Assembly: GCA_016235455.1 (NCBI GenBank)
Contig: JACRKZ010000078.1
Location: 1 to 39,628 of the forward strand
DNA: 39,628 nt
Source of the DNA: Armatimonadota bacterium
GTDB taxonomy: Bacteria; Armatimonadota; UBA10988
Direction of reading: 5' to 3'
Both the position numbers and the translations under genes were made by a program. The notes beneath the pieces were generated by a model, which worked only from the letters and a program-made list of their open reading frames with translations, ran no database searches and was not told the origin of the DNA. This document shows, piece after piece, positions 1-9,642 of the stretch (position 1 is the first letter of the stretch; every line of letters begins with the position of its first letter).

Positions 1-75
1 CTCGAGCACGAGCTCGGTGTGCGCGGCCTCATCTTCCAGCAACAGGATTCGGCCCAGTTCAGCGCTCGCGGCCAC
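1..75 (-). CDS. Response regulator receiver protein, 5' part only (runs off the window)
   Basis: Not in the ORF track. Manual translation from GTG at 75 gives MAASAELGRILLLEDEAAHTELVLE, a receiver beta1/acidic pocket. AAGGA RBS lies upstream, just after the stop of the 92..541 gene. Confidence 0.75.
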   Translation of the reverse strand, partial: MAASAELGRILLLEDEAAHTELVLE

Positions 76-91
76 GGCCAGGTCCTTTCGC

Positions 92-541
92 TCAGGGTTC
101 GCGCGGGGTCTTGTTGCACTCGGTCCAGTAGTGCCGCACCCAGCCCATGAGTTCGGTCAGCTCGCCGTAGCCCAGCGGCTTGACCAGGTAGCTGTTGCAG
201 TGGTGAGAGTAAGCTTGGTTCATATCGCGCGACGCCGACGACGAGGTGAGGACGACGACCGGCACTTGGCGCAGTTGGTCGTCCTCGCGCATCTGACGCA
301 ACACCTCGATCCCGTCGACCTTGGGCAGTCGCAGATCGAGCAGTACCAGCGCCGGGCGGTGGGCCGTGTCGCCTTCCGTCGACCCGACCGAGGCCCGCAG
401 GTAGCGCAGGGCCTCTTCACCATCGGCGGCTCGCTCAATGAGCAGCCCGCCGGGGTGCTCGTCCAGCGCGGCGATGACCAACTCGGCGTGGTCGGGATTG
501 TCCTCGACGACCAGCACGCACGGCGGCAGCGGCTCGCTCAC
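92..541 (-). CDS. Single-domain response regulator (Rcp1/CheY-like)
   Basis: VLVVEDN acidic pocket, LLDLRLP phospho-Asp, VLTSS, NSYLVKP, C-terminal YW. GTG start overlaps the upstream stop (GTGA). Confidence 0.93.
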   Translation of the reverse strand: MSEPLPPCVLVVEDNPDHAELVIAALDEHPGGLLIERAADGEEALRYLRASVGSTEGDTAHRPALVLLDLRLPKVDGIEVLRQMREDDQLRQVPVVVLTSSSASRDMNQAYSHHCNSYLVKPLGYGELTELMGWVRHYWTECNKTPREP

Positions 542-1017
542 ACTCGTTCTCCCTTGGCGCTCGCGCGCGCCGGCGGCAATGTGAAGCAGTGGCTGGCGCC
601 CTGGCCCAGTCCTGCCGACTCGGCCCAGAAGCGGCCCGCGTGCAGTTCAAGGATGCGATGCACCAGGGCCAACCCGAGTCCTGCCCCCGGTTGGGTGGGA
701 TCGAGCCGGCCAAAGCGCACGGACTGGCGCTCCGCATACGTTGGCCCACGGCCGACGCACTCATCTTGAGCCTCGGGCACCGGCCAGCCCGACGCGCCGT
801 CGCAGCCTATGCACGCAATACTGACACACAGCACGTGCCCCGGCGAGGCGGATTTGAGAGTGTTATCGATCGGATACTGCGCGACCTGTAGCACGCGTTG
901 GCCAGCGGCACGGACGTCCGGCAGCTGCGGCTTGGCGCTGGCGGCCAGGCCAAGGCGTAGCAGGCCCTGCGGAGCCCCCAGGTGGCTGAGCACGAGGCGG
1001 GTCACGCTGGCGGTCAT
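538..1017 (-). CDS. Stand-alone degenerate HATPase_c-like protein (kinase C-terminal paralog; possibly a pseudogene)
   Basis: Aligns by eye to the adjacent kinase C-terminus (IDNTLK / GAGLGLALVHRILELHAGRFWAESAGLGQGASHCFTLPP). No HisKA domain. ATG at 1017 overlaps the kinase stop (ATGA). Confidence 0.7.
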   Translation of the reverse strand: MTASVTRLVLSHLGAPQGLLRLGLAASAKPQLPDVRAAGQRVLQVAQYPIDNTLKSASPGHVLCVSIACIGCDGASGWPVPEAQDECVGRGPTYAERQSVRFGRLDPTQPGAGLGLALVHRILELHAGRFWAESAGLGQGASHCFTLPPARASAKGERV

Positions 1018-4000
1018 GCCGCTCCGCCTTCCGGCGGCAGTGTGAACCAGAAGCACGCCCCCTGGCCTTCGCCAGCCGACTCAGCCCAGACGCGCCCGCC
1101 GTGCACTTCGATGATGCGCTTGACCATGGCCAGCCCGATGCCGGTGCCTTCGCGCTTGGGATCCAGCTGATCGAACAAGCCGAAGATGCGCTCGGCGTAG
1201 GCCGGTTCGAAGCCCTGGCCGTTGTCGCTCACGTAGAACAGCGGCCAGCCGAGCTCGGGGTCGTGACCCTCGCTGCCGACGCGGATGCGCGGTGAGGCCT
1301 GCTCGCCGATGAACTTGGCGGCGTTGTCCAGCAGGTTCTGCATGACCTCCAGCAGCCGCGGTCGGTCACCGATCACCGTCGGCAGATCGGGCTGGATGTC
1401 GACGACGACGCCGCCCACTTCGAGCCGTGCGGTCACCAGCTCGGCGGCCTCGCGCGCCAACTGGCTCATGCTGACCGCCGTGGGCGCGTTACCCAACCGG
1501 CCGATGCGCGACAACTCGAGCAGCTCATCGAGCAGCCGGCCCATGTGCTCGGCGGCGTTGGCGATGCGGTCCATGCTGCTCTCGATGCGGTCGGTCCGGC
1601 CCTTGGCATAGTCGGCGCGGAGCCAACTCAGGAAGCCCTTGATGGTGATCAGCGGACTCTTGAGATCGTGCGACACGGTGTAGGTGAACCGCTCCAGTTC
1701 GGCGTTGGACTGCTCCAGGCGCGAGATGAGCGCTTCGCGCTCAGCGTCAGCTCGGCGCTTGGCGGTGATGTCGCGGGTCAGGCCGACGATACCGTTGGGC
1801 TGGCCCTCGGCCGACCACAGCAGGCAGGCGGAGATCTCGGCCCAGTAGCGCGCCTTGTCGCGCCGCTGGCACTCGAGCGTGAAGGTGACGACGCGGCCCC
1901 GGTCGTAGTCGGGCGCGGCCGCCAGGGCCAACTCTTCGGCGATCACGCGCTGGCAGAAGGCCGCCGATTCGGCCGGCAGTGTCTGGGCCATGGTCAGGCG
2001 CAGGTACTCGGCTGGCGTCCAGCCGGTGAGCTGCTCGATGGCCGGGTTGATGAACAGGTAACGGCCGGACAGGTCCATCGTCCAGACCGTCTCGCTCATA
2101 TTGTCGGTGATCAGCTTCAGGTTGGCCTCGCTCGTGCGCAGGGCCTCCTCCGCGGCGAGCCGTTCGCTGATGTCCTGGAGCGTGAACTGCAGCAGCGGCC
2201 GATCGCCAGCGTCGAAGCGCTGCAGATGGACTTCGGCATCCCATGTCTGACCGCTGGCCCGCTGATGGCGCCACTGGAAGACGACGCCGCCCTGGGCGAG
2301 CGCTTGCTCGCAGCGCAATCGCGCCATCTCCGCGGAGTCCATGCCGTCGTACTGGGTGGCCGTGGAGACATCGACCGGTGTCTTGCCCACCACCTCGTCG
2401 CGCGACGCATAGCCGTAGATGGCCGCGGCAGCGGGGTTGGCGTCGACGAACACGTGCGTGACCGCATCCATGACCACGATGGGCACCAGCGAGCCCTCGA
2501 AGACACGCTGGCGATAGGCTTCGCTCTGGCGCAGCGCCTCCTCGGCCCGCACGCGCTCGGAGACGTCGGTGACGATGGCCTGGAGCAGCGTCTCGGGCCC
2601 GACATCGACTGCGGTCAGCGACACTTCAGCGTGGAATTCGTGGCCGTCGAGCCGCCGATGCCGCCAGGCGAAGGCCTGCGGCTCACCGCCCAAGGCGGCA
2701 TTGATCAGCGACCTGGCCAGCTCGGCGGTGACGCGACCGCCCGGCTGCTCGGGCGGCGAGAAGTCCTGCGGCCGGTGGCCAATGACATCGCCGCGGGCAC
2801 AGCCGAACATGGCCAGGGCGCGCTCGTTGCAGTCGACATAGCGATCGCCGCGCATTAGGAAGATGGCGCTGCCGGCCGTCTCGAAGAGCAGGCGATAGCG
2901 TGCCTCACTCTCCCGCATCGCTTCCTCGGCGGCGCGCCGTGCGGTGACGTCGCGGGCGATGCCCAGCAGGCACGGCTGGCCGCCGAAATCGAGGCCCATG
3001 ACGGCCACCTCCACCGGCACGACGCTGCCGTCGCGGCGGATGTGGGCACTCTCCAACAGTCCAGCATCGCCGCGCATGAGCGCGAGGCGTTGCTCGGCGC
3101 GCTGCGCATAGGCTGGCTCGACGATGTCGGCGGCGCGCATGGTCAGCAACTCGGCGGCGGTGTAGCCCAGCTGCTGGCAGGCGGCATCGTTCACCACGAC
3201 GAACCGCCCTTGGCCGTCGGCGATGAAGATGGCGTCGGGGATGGCCTGCACGATGTTGCGGAAGCGCTCCTCGGAGTCGCGCAGCGAGGCGGTCCTAGAC
3301 GCCACGAGCCGCTCAAGCTCGTCGCGCCGAGCGCCATAGCCATGCAGCAGCAAGGTCAGCAGCAGTGTGACGACCAGGCCGCTGAAGAGTGTGCGCCAGC
3401 CCGCGCGGAGCGGATTGCGGGCGTCGAAGGCCGGGCTTGGCGCCACACCCAAGGCCAAGGTGCGCCCGAACATGAACACGGGGAAGACCGCCGCGCGGTC
3501 CGGCCGGCTCGGGCTCAGGGCACTGCCCAGCGCGTTGCGCGCCAGATCGCTGTCGCGTGGGTGCCAGGCCAGCATGCGTTCGCGGCCGTCGGCCAGTTCG
3601 GCCAGTCCCACTCGGGCCTGCGAGCTGTCGTAGCTGGTCAAGGCCAGCCCGTGGTGCAGCAGTTGCTGGGGATCGAGCACGCCGACGACCAGCGCCGTTG
3701 CTCTGGCCGCGCCACCACCGACCGCGCGGACCACCAGCAGCGTGCCCTCCCGGCCCGCGGCCAGCCGGCCATCGACGGGCGCAGACGCGGCACCGGAGCC
3801 CGAGCGCAGCGCCTGCGCCACGGCGTCGCGCAAGCCTGGCTCAGCCGACAGGTCGACGTCGAGCGCTGGCCCCGAGCCCGCGATGTCGGCCTGCCGCGCC
3901 ACGACGAAGTGCCCGTCGGCGGCGCGCCGCGGCGCGAGCCAGAGCTCGCGCAGACCGCCCCGGCCGACCAGCAGAGGCATCTGCGCCCCGGCCCAGGCCG

Positions 4001-5489
4001 CCGCCTGCGGCGAGCCGGACTGGTCCAGCAGGTGAGCCGCATCGCCTAGTGCGTTGTCGGAGTCACGCAGCAACTGCGCCACCACCTGGGCCTGGGCTTC
4101 GGCCAGGCCCCGAAAGCCCGCCTGCCGGCGGCGCTCCTCGGCACCGTGGGTCATCCACACCGCCAAGGCAGTCAACACCACGCCGGCCAGCGCCGCGGAC
4201 ATGGCGTCGGGCGTGAGCAACACGCGCCGGCGTGACCGCAGCTGCAGCGTGTCGCTGGCCAGCCACACGAGCAGCAGCAACGTGGTGATCAATGCCGACA
4301 GCAGGAGCGCGACCGCGCGACCGCGGCGGATCTGCGCCTGCCACTCCGTGGCCTGCATATCCACGCCGACCGCCATGACCACATTGCCGGTGCGCGGGTC
4401 GAGCACGGGCGCGATGCCCGAGTGGAAGGTGCCGTACTCGTCCTGGTAAGGGCCAAAGGCCAGCGCCTGACGCGCGTCGAGCACCTGCCAGAACGGTGGC
4501 GCTGGCCGCTCGTAGATCGTGCCCGGCGGCGAAGCCATGGGATCGGTGGGCTCGAGGCTTTCGGGACCGAAGATCAGGTGGTCGCCGCGCCGCGCGAAGC
4601 TGTACGTGTTCCACAGCCCGAAGGCGCGGTTGTACTGCTTCATCTGCACGCGCAGTTCCTGGTCGGCCGCGGAGTCGCGGTCGTTCGCGGTGAAGGTCAG
4701 TTGGCGCGCCTGATCGGGGCTGACCGTGCGCGCCAGGTAGATGACCTGGCGCAGCAGCCGACCGTGCAGATCGTCGGCCAGACGATGCTCATAGTGGTTG
4801 GCGCTGAACCAGCCGGCCAGAGCCGAGGTGGCCACGGCCACGACGACCGCCAGGTCGGCCCGCCGCGTGGCAGGCGCTGACGGGCCGCCGCGCCCCGCCA
4901 GGCGTAGGCCGACGCCGACCAGCAGCATGGCCGCCGAGCCGCCCAGGAGCAGCGCGGACACCGCGCCAGAGGGAGCGCAGAGCGCCGCGGCACGGCCGAC
5001 CAGGGCCAGGGCCACTAGCCGGTCGCTGGGCCGGGCTCCGGCGCTGATCGGCGCCAGCCGCCACACGCCCGCCGCAGCCGCCACGGAGACGGGCAGTGCC
5101 AACGCCCAGCGCAGCCAGGTGTCGCCGTGGCCGAGCACCGCGCCGACGACGGCGAGCACCAGGCCGACTCCCGGCAGCAGCGCCGACAGCGCCGGTCGGC
5201 CGGCCCGGCGCTGCGCGCGCCGCAACAGACCGAAGAGCGACAGCTGCGCCGCGGTCAGCAGCGTCGCGGTCAGTCCGCCGACGGCCGGACCCGGCGCCCC
5301 GGCCTGCCGGGCCAGCACAAGCCAGTCGGCCAGGCCACTGGCCGCCGCGAAGCCCGCGTAGAGGCGCCAGGCGGCCGCCGACTCGCCGCCGCGCCGGGCG
5401 GCTCGTAGCGCGGGCACAGCCGAGATCAGCAGAGCCAGGCCACTGCAGAATGTCAGGAAGTCGAGTTCGCTGACCAGCCCGTAGCTCAT
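1014..5489 (-). CDS. Multi-sensor membrane histidine kinase (multi-TM N-terminus, Cache-like and CHASE-like extracytoplasmic regions, 4 PAS, HisKA, HATPase_c)
   Basis: H-box FTYTVSHDLKSPL, N-box NLLDNAAKF, G1 DNGQG, G2 GTGIGLA. Four PAS repeats start at SEERFR/SEARYR/SEAYRQ/SEANLK. Sensor-domain assignments are by eye. Confidence 0.93.
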   Translation of the reverse strand: MSYGLVSELDFLTFCSGLALLISAVPALRAARRGGESAAAWRLYAGFAAASGLADWLVLARQAGAPGPAVGGLTATLLTAAQLSLFGLLRRAQRRAGRPALSALLPGVGLVLAVVGAVLGHGDTWLRWALALPVSVAAAAGVWRLAPISAGARPSDRLVALALVGRAAALCAPSGAVSALLLGGSAAMLLVGVGLRLAGRGGPSAPATRRADLAVVVAVATSALAGWFSANHYEHRLADDLHGRLLRQVIYLARTVSPDQARQLTFTANDRDSAADQELRVQMKQYNRAFGLWNTYSFARRGDHLIFGPESLEPTDPMASPPGTIYERPAPPFWQVLDARQALAFGPYQDEYGTFHSGIAPVLDPRTGNVVMAVGVDMQATEWQAQIRRGRAVALLLSALITTLLLLVWLASDTLQLRSRRRVLLTPDAMSAALAGVVLTALAVWMTHGAEERRRQAGFRGLAEAQAQVVAQLLRDSDNALGDAAHLLDQSGSPQAAAWAGAQMPLLVGRGGLRELWLAPRRAADGHFVVARQADIAGSGPALDVDLSAEPGLRDAVAQALRSGSGAASAPVDGRLAAGREGTLLVVRAVGGGAARATALVVGVLDPQQLLHHGLALTSYDSSQARVGLAELADGRERMLAWHPRDSDLARNALGSALSPSRPDRAAVFPVFMFGRTLALGVAPSPAFDARNPLRAGWRTLFSGLVVTLLLTLLLHGYGARRDELERLVASRTASLRDSEERFRNIVQAIPDAIFIADGQGRFVVVNDAACQQLGYTAAELLTMRAADIVEPAYAQRAEQRLALMRGDAGLLESAHIRRDGSVVPVEVAVMGLDFGGQPCLLGIARDVTARRAAEEAMRESEARYRLLFETAGSAIFLMRGDRYVDCNERALAMFGCARGDVIGHRPQDFSPPEQPGGRVTAELARSLINAALGGEPQAFAWRHRRLDGHEFHAEVSLTAVDVGPETLLQAIVTDVSERVRAEEALRQSEAYRQRVFEGSLVPIVVMDAVTHVFVDANPAAAAIYGYASRDEVVGKTPVDVSTATQYDGMDSAEMARLRCEQALAQGGVVFQWRHQRASGQTWDAEVHLQRFDAGDRPLLQFTLQDISERLAAEEALRTSEANLKLITDNMSETVWTMDLSGRYLFINPAIEQLTGWTPAEYLRLTMAQTLPAESAAFCQRVIAEELALAAAPDYDRGRVVTFTLECQRRDKARYWAEISACLLWSAEGQPNGIVGLTRDITAKRRADAEREALISRLEQSNAELERFTYTVSHDLKSPLITIKGFLSWLRADYAKGRTDRIESSMDRIANAAEHMGRLLDELLELSRIGRLGNAPTAVSMSQLAREAAELVTARLEVGGVVVDIQPDLPTVIGDRPRLLEVMQNLLDNAAKFIGEQASPRIRVGSEGHDPELGWPLFYVSDNGQGFEPAYAERIFGLFDQLDPKREGTGIGLAMVKRIIEVHGGRVWAESAGEGQGACFWFTLPPEGGAA

Positions 5490-5519
5490 GCCGTCACTCC
5501 GCCGCCACGCATTCGGGCG

Positions 5520-5984
5520 CTAGCCGGTCTCTCCTGCCGCGGCCTCGGGCAGACAGTTGCAGGCAGTCCAGTAGCGCAGCACCGTGGCCAGCAGCTCTGA
5601 CAGCGAGCCGCAGTCGGTGGGCTTGAGCAGGTAGCTGTTGCAGTGGTGCGCATAGGCGGCCAGCACATCGCGGTCGTTCGACGAGGTGGTCAGTACCACC
5701 ACCGGCAGCGCGCGCAGTTGCGGGGTAGCCCGAATGTAGCGCAGCACCTCGAGCCCGTCGATGCGCGGCAGGCCCAGGTCGAGCAGCACCAGGTCGGGCG
5801 GCTGCTCACCAGCGGCTGCCGAGCACGCGCCGCGACGATGCAGGTAGTCGAGTGCCTCCTGCCCATCACTGACATGCGCCACGACCACCTTGACAGGGCT
5901 CTCGCCCAAGGCCGCGAGGATGAGTTCAGCGTGATCGGCGTTGTCCTCGACGACCAGGACCCGCAGGATCTGTGGCTCGTTCAT
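5520..5984 (-). CDS. Single-domain response regulator (Rcp1/CheY-like)
   Basis: VLVVEDNADH, LLDLGLP, VLTTS, NSYLLKP. ATG at 5984 overlaps the kinase stop (ATGA). Confidence 0.93.
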   Translation of the reverse strand: MNEPQILRVLVVEDNADHAELILAALGESPVKVVVAHVSDGQEALDYLHRRGACSAAAGEQPPDLVLLDLGLPRIDGLEVLRYIRATPQLRALPVVVLTTSSNDRDVLAAYAHHCNSYLLKPTDCGSLSELLATVLRYWTACNCLPEAAAGETG

Positions 5985-7360
5985 GACAGGGCCACCTCGT
6001 CGGCGCATGGCAGCGGTAGCGTCACCAGGAAGCAGGCGCCCTGCCCAACGCCATCGGACTCGGCCCTGATGCGACCCGCGTGGGCCTCCACGATGCGGCG
6101 CACCAAGGCCAGGCCGATGCCGAGCCCGTCATCCTGTGGTCGAAGCTGCTGGAACACGCCGAAGATCCTCTCGCCCTCCGCGGGATCGAACCCCTGTCCG
6201 TTGTCGGTGACCGCGAACGTCGCCTGGTTCACCGACATATCCAACTCGACACAGCGAATGGTCACGGTGGGCTGCGCCTGGCCACCGGTGAACTTGGTGG
6301 CGTTTTCGATCAGGTTCTGGAAGACGGTCAGGAGCCGCTGCCGGTCACCGCGCACGACGGGCAGGTAGCCGTCGACGCGCAGCGCCATGCCGGCCGCCTC
6401 CAGGCGGGTCTGCAGCAAGGCTCGCAGTTCCGTGAGAACGTCGCCCAGGTCGACTGGCTGCGGCGTCTGGAGGACGCGGCCGGCACGCGACAACTTGAGC
6501 AACTCATCAAGCAGTGAGCCCATATGGCCCGCGGCGTGGCTGATGCGGTCGAGGTAGCGCTCGGCGCGATCGGCGCGGCCGCTGGACAGGTCGGTGCCCA
6601 ACCTGCTGGCGAATCCGGTGATGGTGACCAACGGGCTCTTGAGGTCGTGGGACACGCTGTAGGCGAAGCGCTCCAGCGCCTCGTTGGAGGCCGCGAGTTG
6701 GGCGATCAGCGCCTCGCGCTCGGCTTCCACGCGCTGCCGTTCGAGCTGCTCCGCGGCCAAGCGGTCGTGCTGACCGCGCAGGTGGTCGCCGTAGACCAGG
6801 ATGAGACCCGTGCCGACCACCAGGAAGCCGCTCAGATCGAGCGCGGCAGGCCAGGGCAGCGCGGCGCGCGGTGTCAGGATGCCCGCCGCCTGCGCCCAGG
6901 CCATGCACCAGGCGGCGGCGATGCTCAGCGAGGAGAGCAGCGCCACGGCCCGCCAGTGCTGCAGCAGGCCCGCGATCATCACCGGCAGGAGCATGGCCGG
7001 CAAGGCCACATCGGTCAGGCCGAAGGCCCAGACGCCCGAGGCGCAGAGCACCGCCCAACTGGATGTCAGGGCCAACGCCGCGGCGAGGCGCGCGCGCCCT
7101 CGGCCAACCAGGCGCAGGGCCAGGCCGAAGCTGGCCAACAAGCACAGCATGAGCGCATCGGACACGTGGGAGCGCTGCCGCTCGAGCTGCCAGGCCGCGA
7201 TCAGCGCCACCAACACCAGGCACACCATGAGCAGCACGGACACGAGTAGTCGCGAACTGTCGGCCTCCCCGGCAGCCCGCCCAGTCGCCACCGGCGGCAG
7301 GAAGCGGTCGACGAGACGCCGCCAAGAGCGCTCGACACGACTCAATGCCTGCCAGATCAT
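5981..7360 (-). CDS. Membrane-bound sensor histidine kinase
   Basis: About 6 hydrophobic segments, then H-box FAYSVSHDLKSPL, NLIENATKF, DNGQG, GLGIGLA. Confidence 0.92.
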   Translation of the reverse strand: MIWQALSRVERSWRRLVDRFLPPVATGRAAGEADSSRLLVSVLLMVCLVLVALIAAWQLERQRSHVSDALMLCLLASFGLALRLVGRGRARLAAALALTSSWAVLCASGVWAFGLTDVALPAMLLPVMIAGLLQHWRAVALLSSLSIAAAWCMAWAQAAGILTPRAALPWPAALDLSGFLVVGTGLILVYGDHLRGQHDRLAAEQLERQRVEAEREALIAQLAASNEALERFAYSVSHDLKSPLVTITGFASRLGTDLSSGRADRAERYLDRISHAAGHMGSLLDELLKLSRAGRVLQTPQPVDLGDVLTELRALLQTRLEAAGMALRVDGYLPVVRGDRQRLLTVFQNLIENATKFTGGQAQPTVTIRCVELDMSVNQATFAVTDNGQGFDPAEGERIFGVFQQLRPQDDGLGIGLALVRRIVEAHAGRIRAESDGVGQGACFLVTLPLPCADEVALS

Positions 7361-7379
7361 AGGACGGGTTCCTCGAAGC

Positions 7380-7412
7380 CAGGGGAGCCGACGGCGTTCG
7401 CCAGCTCCCCTG
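7380..7412. other. GC-rich intergenic hairpin between the MCP and kinase genes
   Basis: CAGGGGAGC (7380-7388) / GCTCCCCTG (7404-7412) perfect inverted repeat with no U-tract. Confidence 0.45.
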
Positions 7413-7449
7413 TGCTCACCAGGTGATGCGAAGGTCCAGTTTGCCGGGC

Positions 7450-9381
7450 CTACCAGCCAGCGGGCACCAACTCGGTGCCCTTGCTGCTGGCCAGCGCCGG
7501 GTAGTGCCCGTTGCTGCGGTCGGTGCTGCCGTTGACCACGCGCGCCAGCACCGTGGAGGCGTCGCTGAGTAGCCCGGCTTGCTGGTGCAGGCTATCGGTG
7601 GCAGCAGCGAGTTCCTCGGCGTTGGCCGCGTTGGACTGGGTGGTCAGATCGAGCTGGCCCATGGCCAGACCGATCTGCTTGAGCCCGACCGTCTGCTGTT
7701 GGGCGGCGCCCGCGATGCTGGTCACCGTGGCGGCGATGCGCTGGGCGATGGTGCCGTTGATGCTCAACGCCTCGGCCATCTCCTGGCCGCGCGCGTTGGA
7801 CTCATGGATGCGGTCCTGCGCGGTCCCGATGACCTGGGCCGCCTGCTGGCTGGCCTGCGAGGCACGCTGGGCCAGCGAACGGACCTCCTGAGCGACCACG
7901 GCGAAGCCGGCCCCGGCCGAGCCGGCGCGGGCCGCTTCCACGGCGGCGTTGAGCGCCAGCAGGTTGGTCTGGAAGGCGATCTCCTCGATCGTCTTGGCGA
8001 TGCGCGCGGTCTGCTGGCTGGCGTCGACGGCCTCATCCAGGGCGACGGACATGGTCTGCAGCCGGTCCTGGATAGCGCCGAAGTTCGGTGCGGCCTCCTC
8101 GCGCATGATGCGGTCGGCCTCGGCCGCCTGGTCGGCGGTGGAGCGGGCCATGGAGCCGATCTCCTCGACCGAGGCCGAGGTCTCCTCGATGCTGGCGGCG
8201 GCCGATGCGGCGCTGTCGGCCAGGCGCGAGGCGGCCACGGTCAGCAGGTTGGCGGTCTCGTTGACCTGGGTGGTCGAGTGGTCCAGCGTGTCGCTGACCG
8301 TCCGCACCGGTCGGGCGATGCCGCGCGCCAGGAGCATGCTGACTCCCACGGCGACGACCATACCCACCGCGCAGACCAGGCTCAGCCACAAGGCCAGCGA
8401 GCGCGCCGGAGCGGTGATGATGGCCTCGGGCACGGTCACCAGGACCACCCAGGGCTGCTCAGTCCCGCCGACGTCGAAGGACTCGGCCAACTGCAGCTGC
8501 CGGCTGGCAAACTGATGGGTGCTGTGCTTAGCCAGCGCCGCCTCGAACAGCGGCTGCAGCGTGGGCGCCACGTCCTTGAGCAGCTTGCCGGCCACATCGG
8601 GCCGCTTGGACATGGCCGTGACGCGACCGTTGTTGCTGACCAGGAGCAGCTGGCCGCGGTGGTCGTAGAGATTAGCCTCGTCGGCCAGCTTCTGCAGGTC
8701 GCTCAGGGCGACGTCGCAGCCCACCATGCCGACGAAAGCGTCGCCCCGCAGGATCGGCGCGCACAGCGACGCCATCAGCACCTTCTTGCCGGCCACGTCA
8801 TCCCAGTACGGGTTGACGACGCTGTTGCGCTTGCGCTCGCGCGGCGCCAGGTAGTACTCACCGGCCCGCGTGCCGGTCTCGCCCACCTCGGTGTTGTAGT
8901 CGTCGCTGAGGCTGTCGGGCTCGTCCTCACGCACAGCCTGACCGCTGTCGTTGTGGATCCAGTAGACGTTGACCCGGCCGTCCTTGTAACCATAGGTCTT
9001 GCCGGCGAACTCCTTGTCGCGGCCGTCGAACGCGTTCGGCTCCCAGTTGGTGTAGAGGCCGTTGAACGTGGGATTGGCCTTCATCACCTCGCCCAGCTGC
9101 ACCGACAGGTCCTCGCGCGTCAGCTTCTTCGTGCCTTCGCCGTTGATGGCGGAGCCAAACATGTGGGCGGCGGTGGCCACGGTCTTGAGCGGGGCGCCAA
9201 GGCTGTCGGCCATGTCCTGCGCCTCGGCATGCACGACCTCGGCCGCCTGAGCAACAGCCTGCGTGCGCGCCGTGCGCCAGGCACTGACCACCGAGACCGA
9301 CACCAGCACCATCGTCAGACCCACCAGGCTCAACGCCGTGCTGAGCGCTACTTTCGCACCAAGACCCCTTGCCTTACGCAT
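7450..9381 (-). CDS. Methyl-accepting chemotaxis protein with a dCache-like periplasmic domain
   Basis: Signalling tip [40 protein letters not shown]. Two TM segments flank a ~300 aa periplasmic domain. ATG 9381 chosen for its GAGGAGAGG RBS. Confidence 0.93.
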   Translation of the reverse strand: MRKARGLGAKVALSTALSLVGLTMVLVSVSVVSAWRTARTQAVAQAAEVVHAEAQDMADSLGAPLKTVATAAHMFGSAINGEGTKKLTREDLSVQLGEVMKANPTFNGLYTNWEPNAFDGRDKEFAGKTYGYKDGRVNVYWIHNDSGQAVREDEPDSLSDDYNTEVGETGTRAGEYYLAPRERKRNSVVNPYWDDVAGKKVLMASLCAPILRGDAFVGMVGCDVALSDLQKLADEANLYDHRGQLLLVSNNGRVTAMSKRPDVAGKLLKDVAPTLQPLFEAALAKHSTHQFASRQLQLAESFDVGGTEQPWVVLVTVPEAIITAPARSLALWLSLVCAVGMVVAVGVSMLLARGIARPVRTVSDTLDHSTTQVNETANLLTVAASRLADSAASAAASIEETSASVEEIGSMARSTADQAAEADRIMREEAAPNFGAIQDRLQTMSVALDEAVDASQQTARIAKTIEEIAFQTNLLALNAAVEAARAGSAGAGFAVVAQEVRSLAQRASQASQQAAQVIGTAQDRIHESNARGQEMAEALSINGTIAQRIAATVTSIAGAAQQQTVGLKQIGLAMGQLDLTTQSNAANAEELAAATDSLHQQAGLLSDASTVLARVVNGSTDRSNGHYPALASSKGTELVPAGW

Positions 9382-9405
9382 CGCTCTGTGTCCTCTCCTC
9401 GGCCC

Positions 9406-9466
9406 AAAAAGCAAAAGGGGTGTGACGGGCAGGGAGGCTGATGCCTCCCGGCTTGCGTCACACCCC
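9406..9466 (-). terminator. Intrinsic-terminator-like hairpin in the MCP 5' leader
   Basis: Outer stem GGGGTGTGACG 9417-9427 / CGTCACACCCC 9456-9466, inner stem GGGAGGC/GCCTCCC, followed on the minus strand by TTTTGCTTTTT. Confidence 0.7.
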
Positions 9467-9546
9467 AACTTGCAGACCTATCTACATTCTGCCCGCTAGG
9501 ATGATCGCACTGTCTGTGTGCGAACCAGTGCGTACTCTAGAACGAG

Positions 9547-9573
9547 TCATCGGTAGCGCCAAGCCCCGCTTCA
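9547..9573 (-). promoter_or_regulatory. Putative sigma-28 (FliA/SigD) promoter for the MCP
   Basis: TGAA-N15-ACCGATGA on the minus strand vs consensus TAAA-N15-GCCGATAA. MCP genes are classic sigma-28 targets. Confidence 0.55.
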
Positions 9574-9642
9574 GGCCCAATGTTTCTTGGGTGTGTTACA
9601 CTTTGGGGCAACCTGCTTTCCATACAGCTCGGGAGCACTGGC

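Noticed and set aside
7579-9441. Long antisense or alternative-frame ORFs (e.g. 7579..9441 +, 1545..2858 +, 15326..17047 +, 30531..32687 +, 35013..36971 +, 37979..39424 -)
   Set aside because: They shadow well-supported genes on the opposite strand, have no motifs, and are expected from stop-codon scarcity at high GC.
9440-9480. GACGCAAGCC in the MCP leader resembling the c-di-GMP-I core GACGCAAAGCC
   Set aside because: The upstream GGCAAAC / GNRA-loop P2 stem is missing and the segment lies inside the terminator stem, so it was not called as a known riboswitch.
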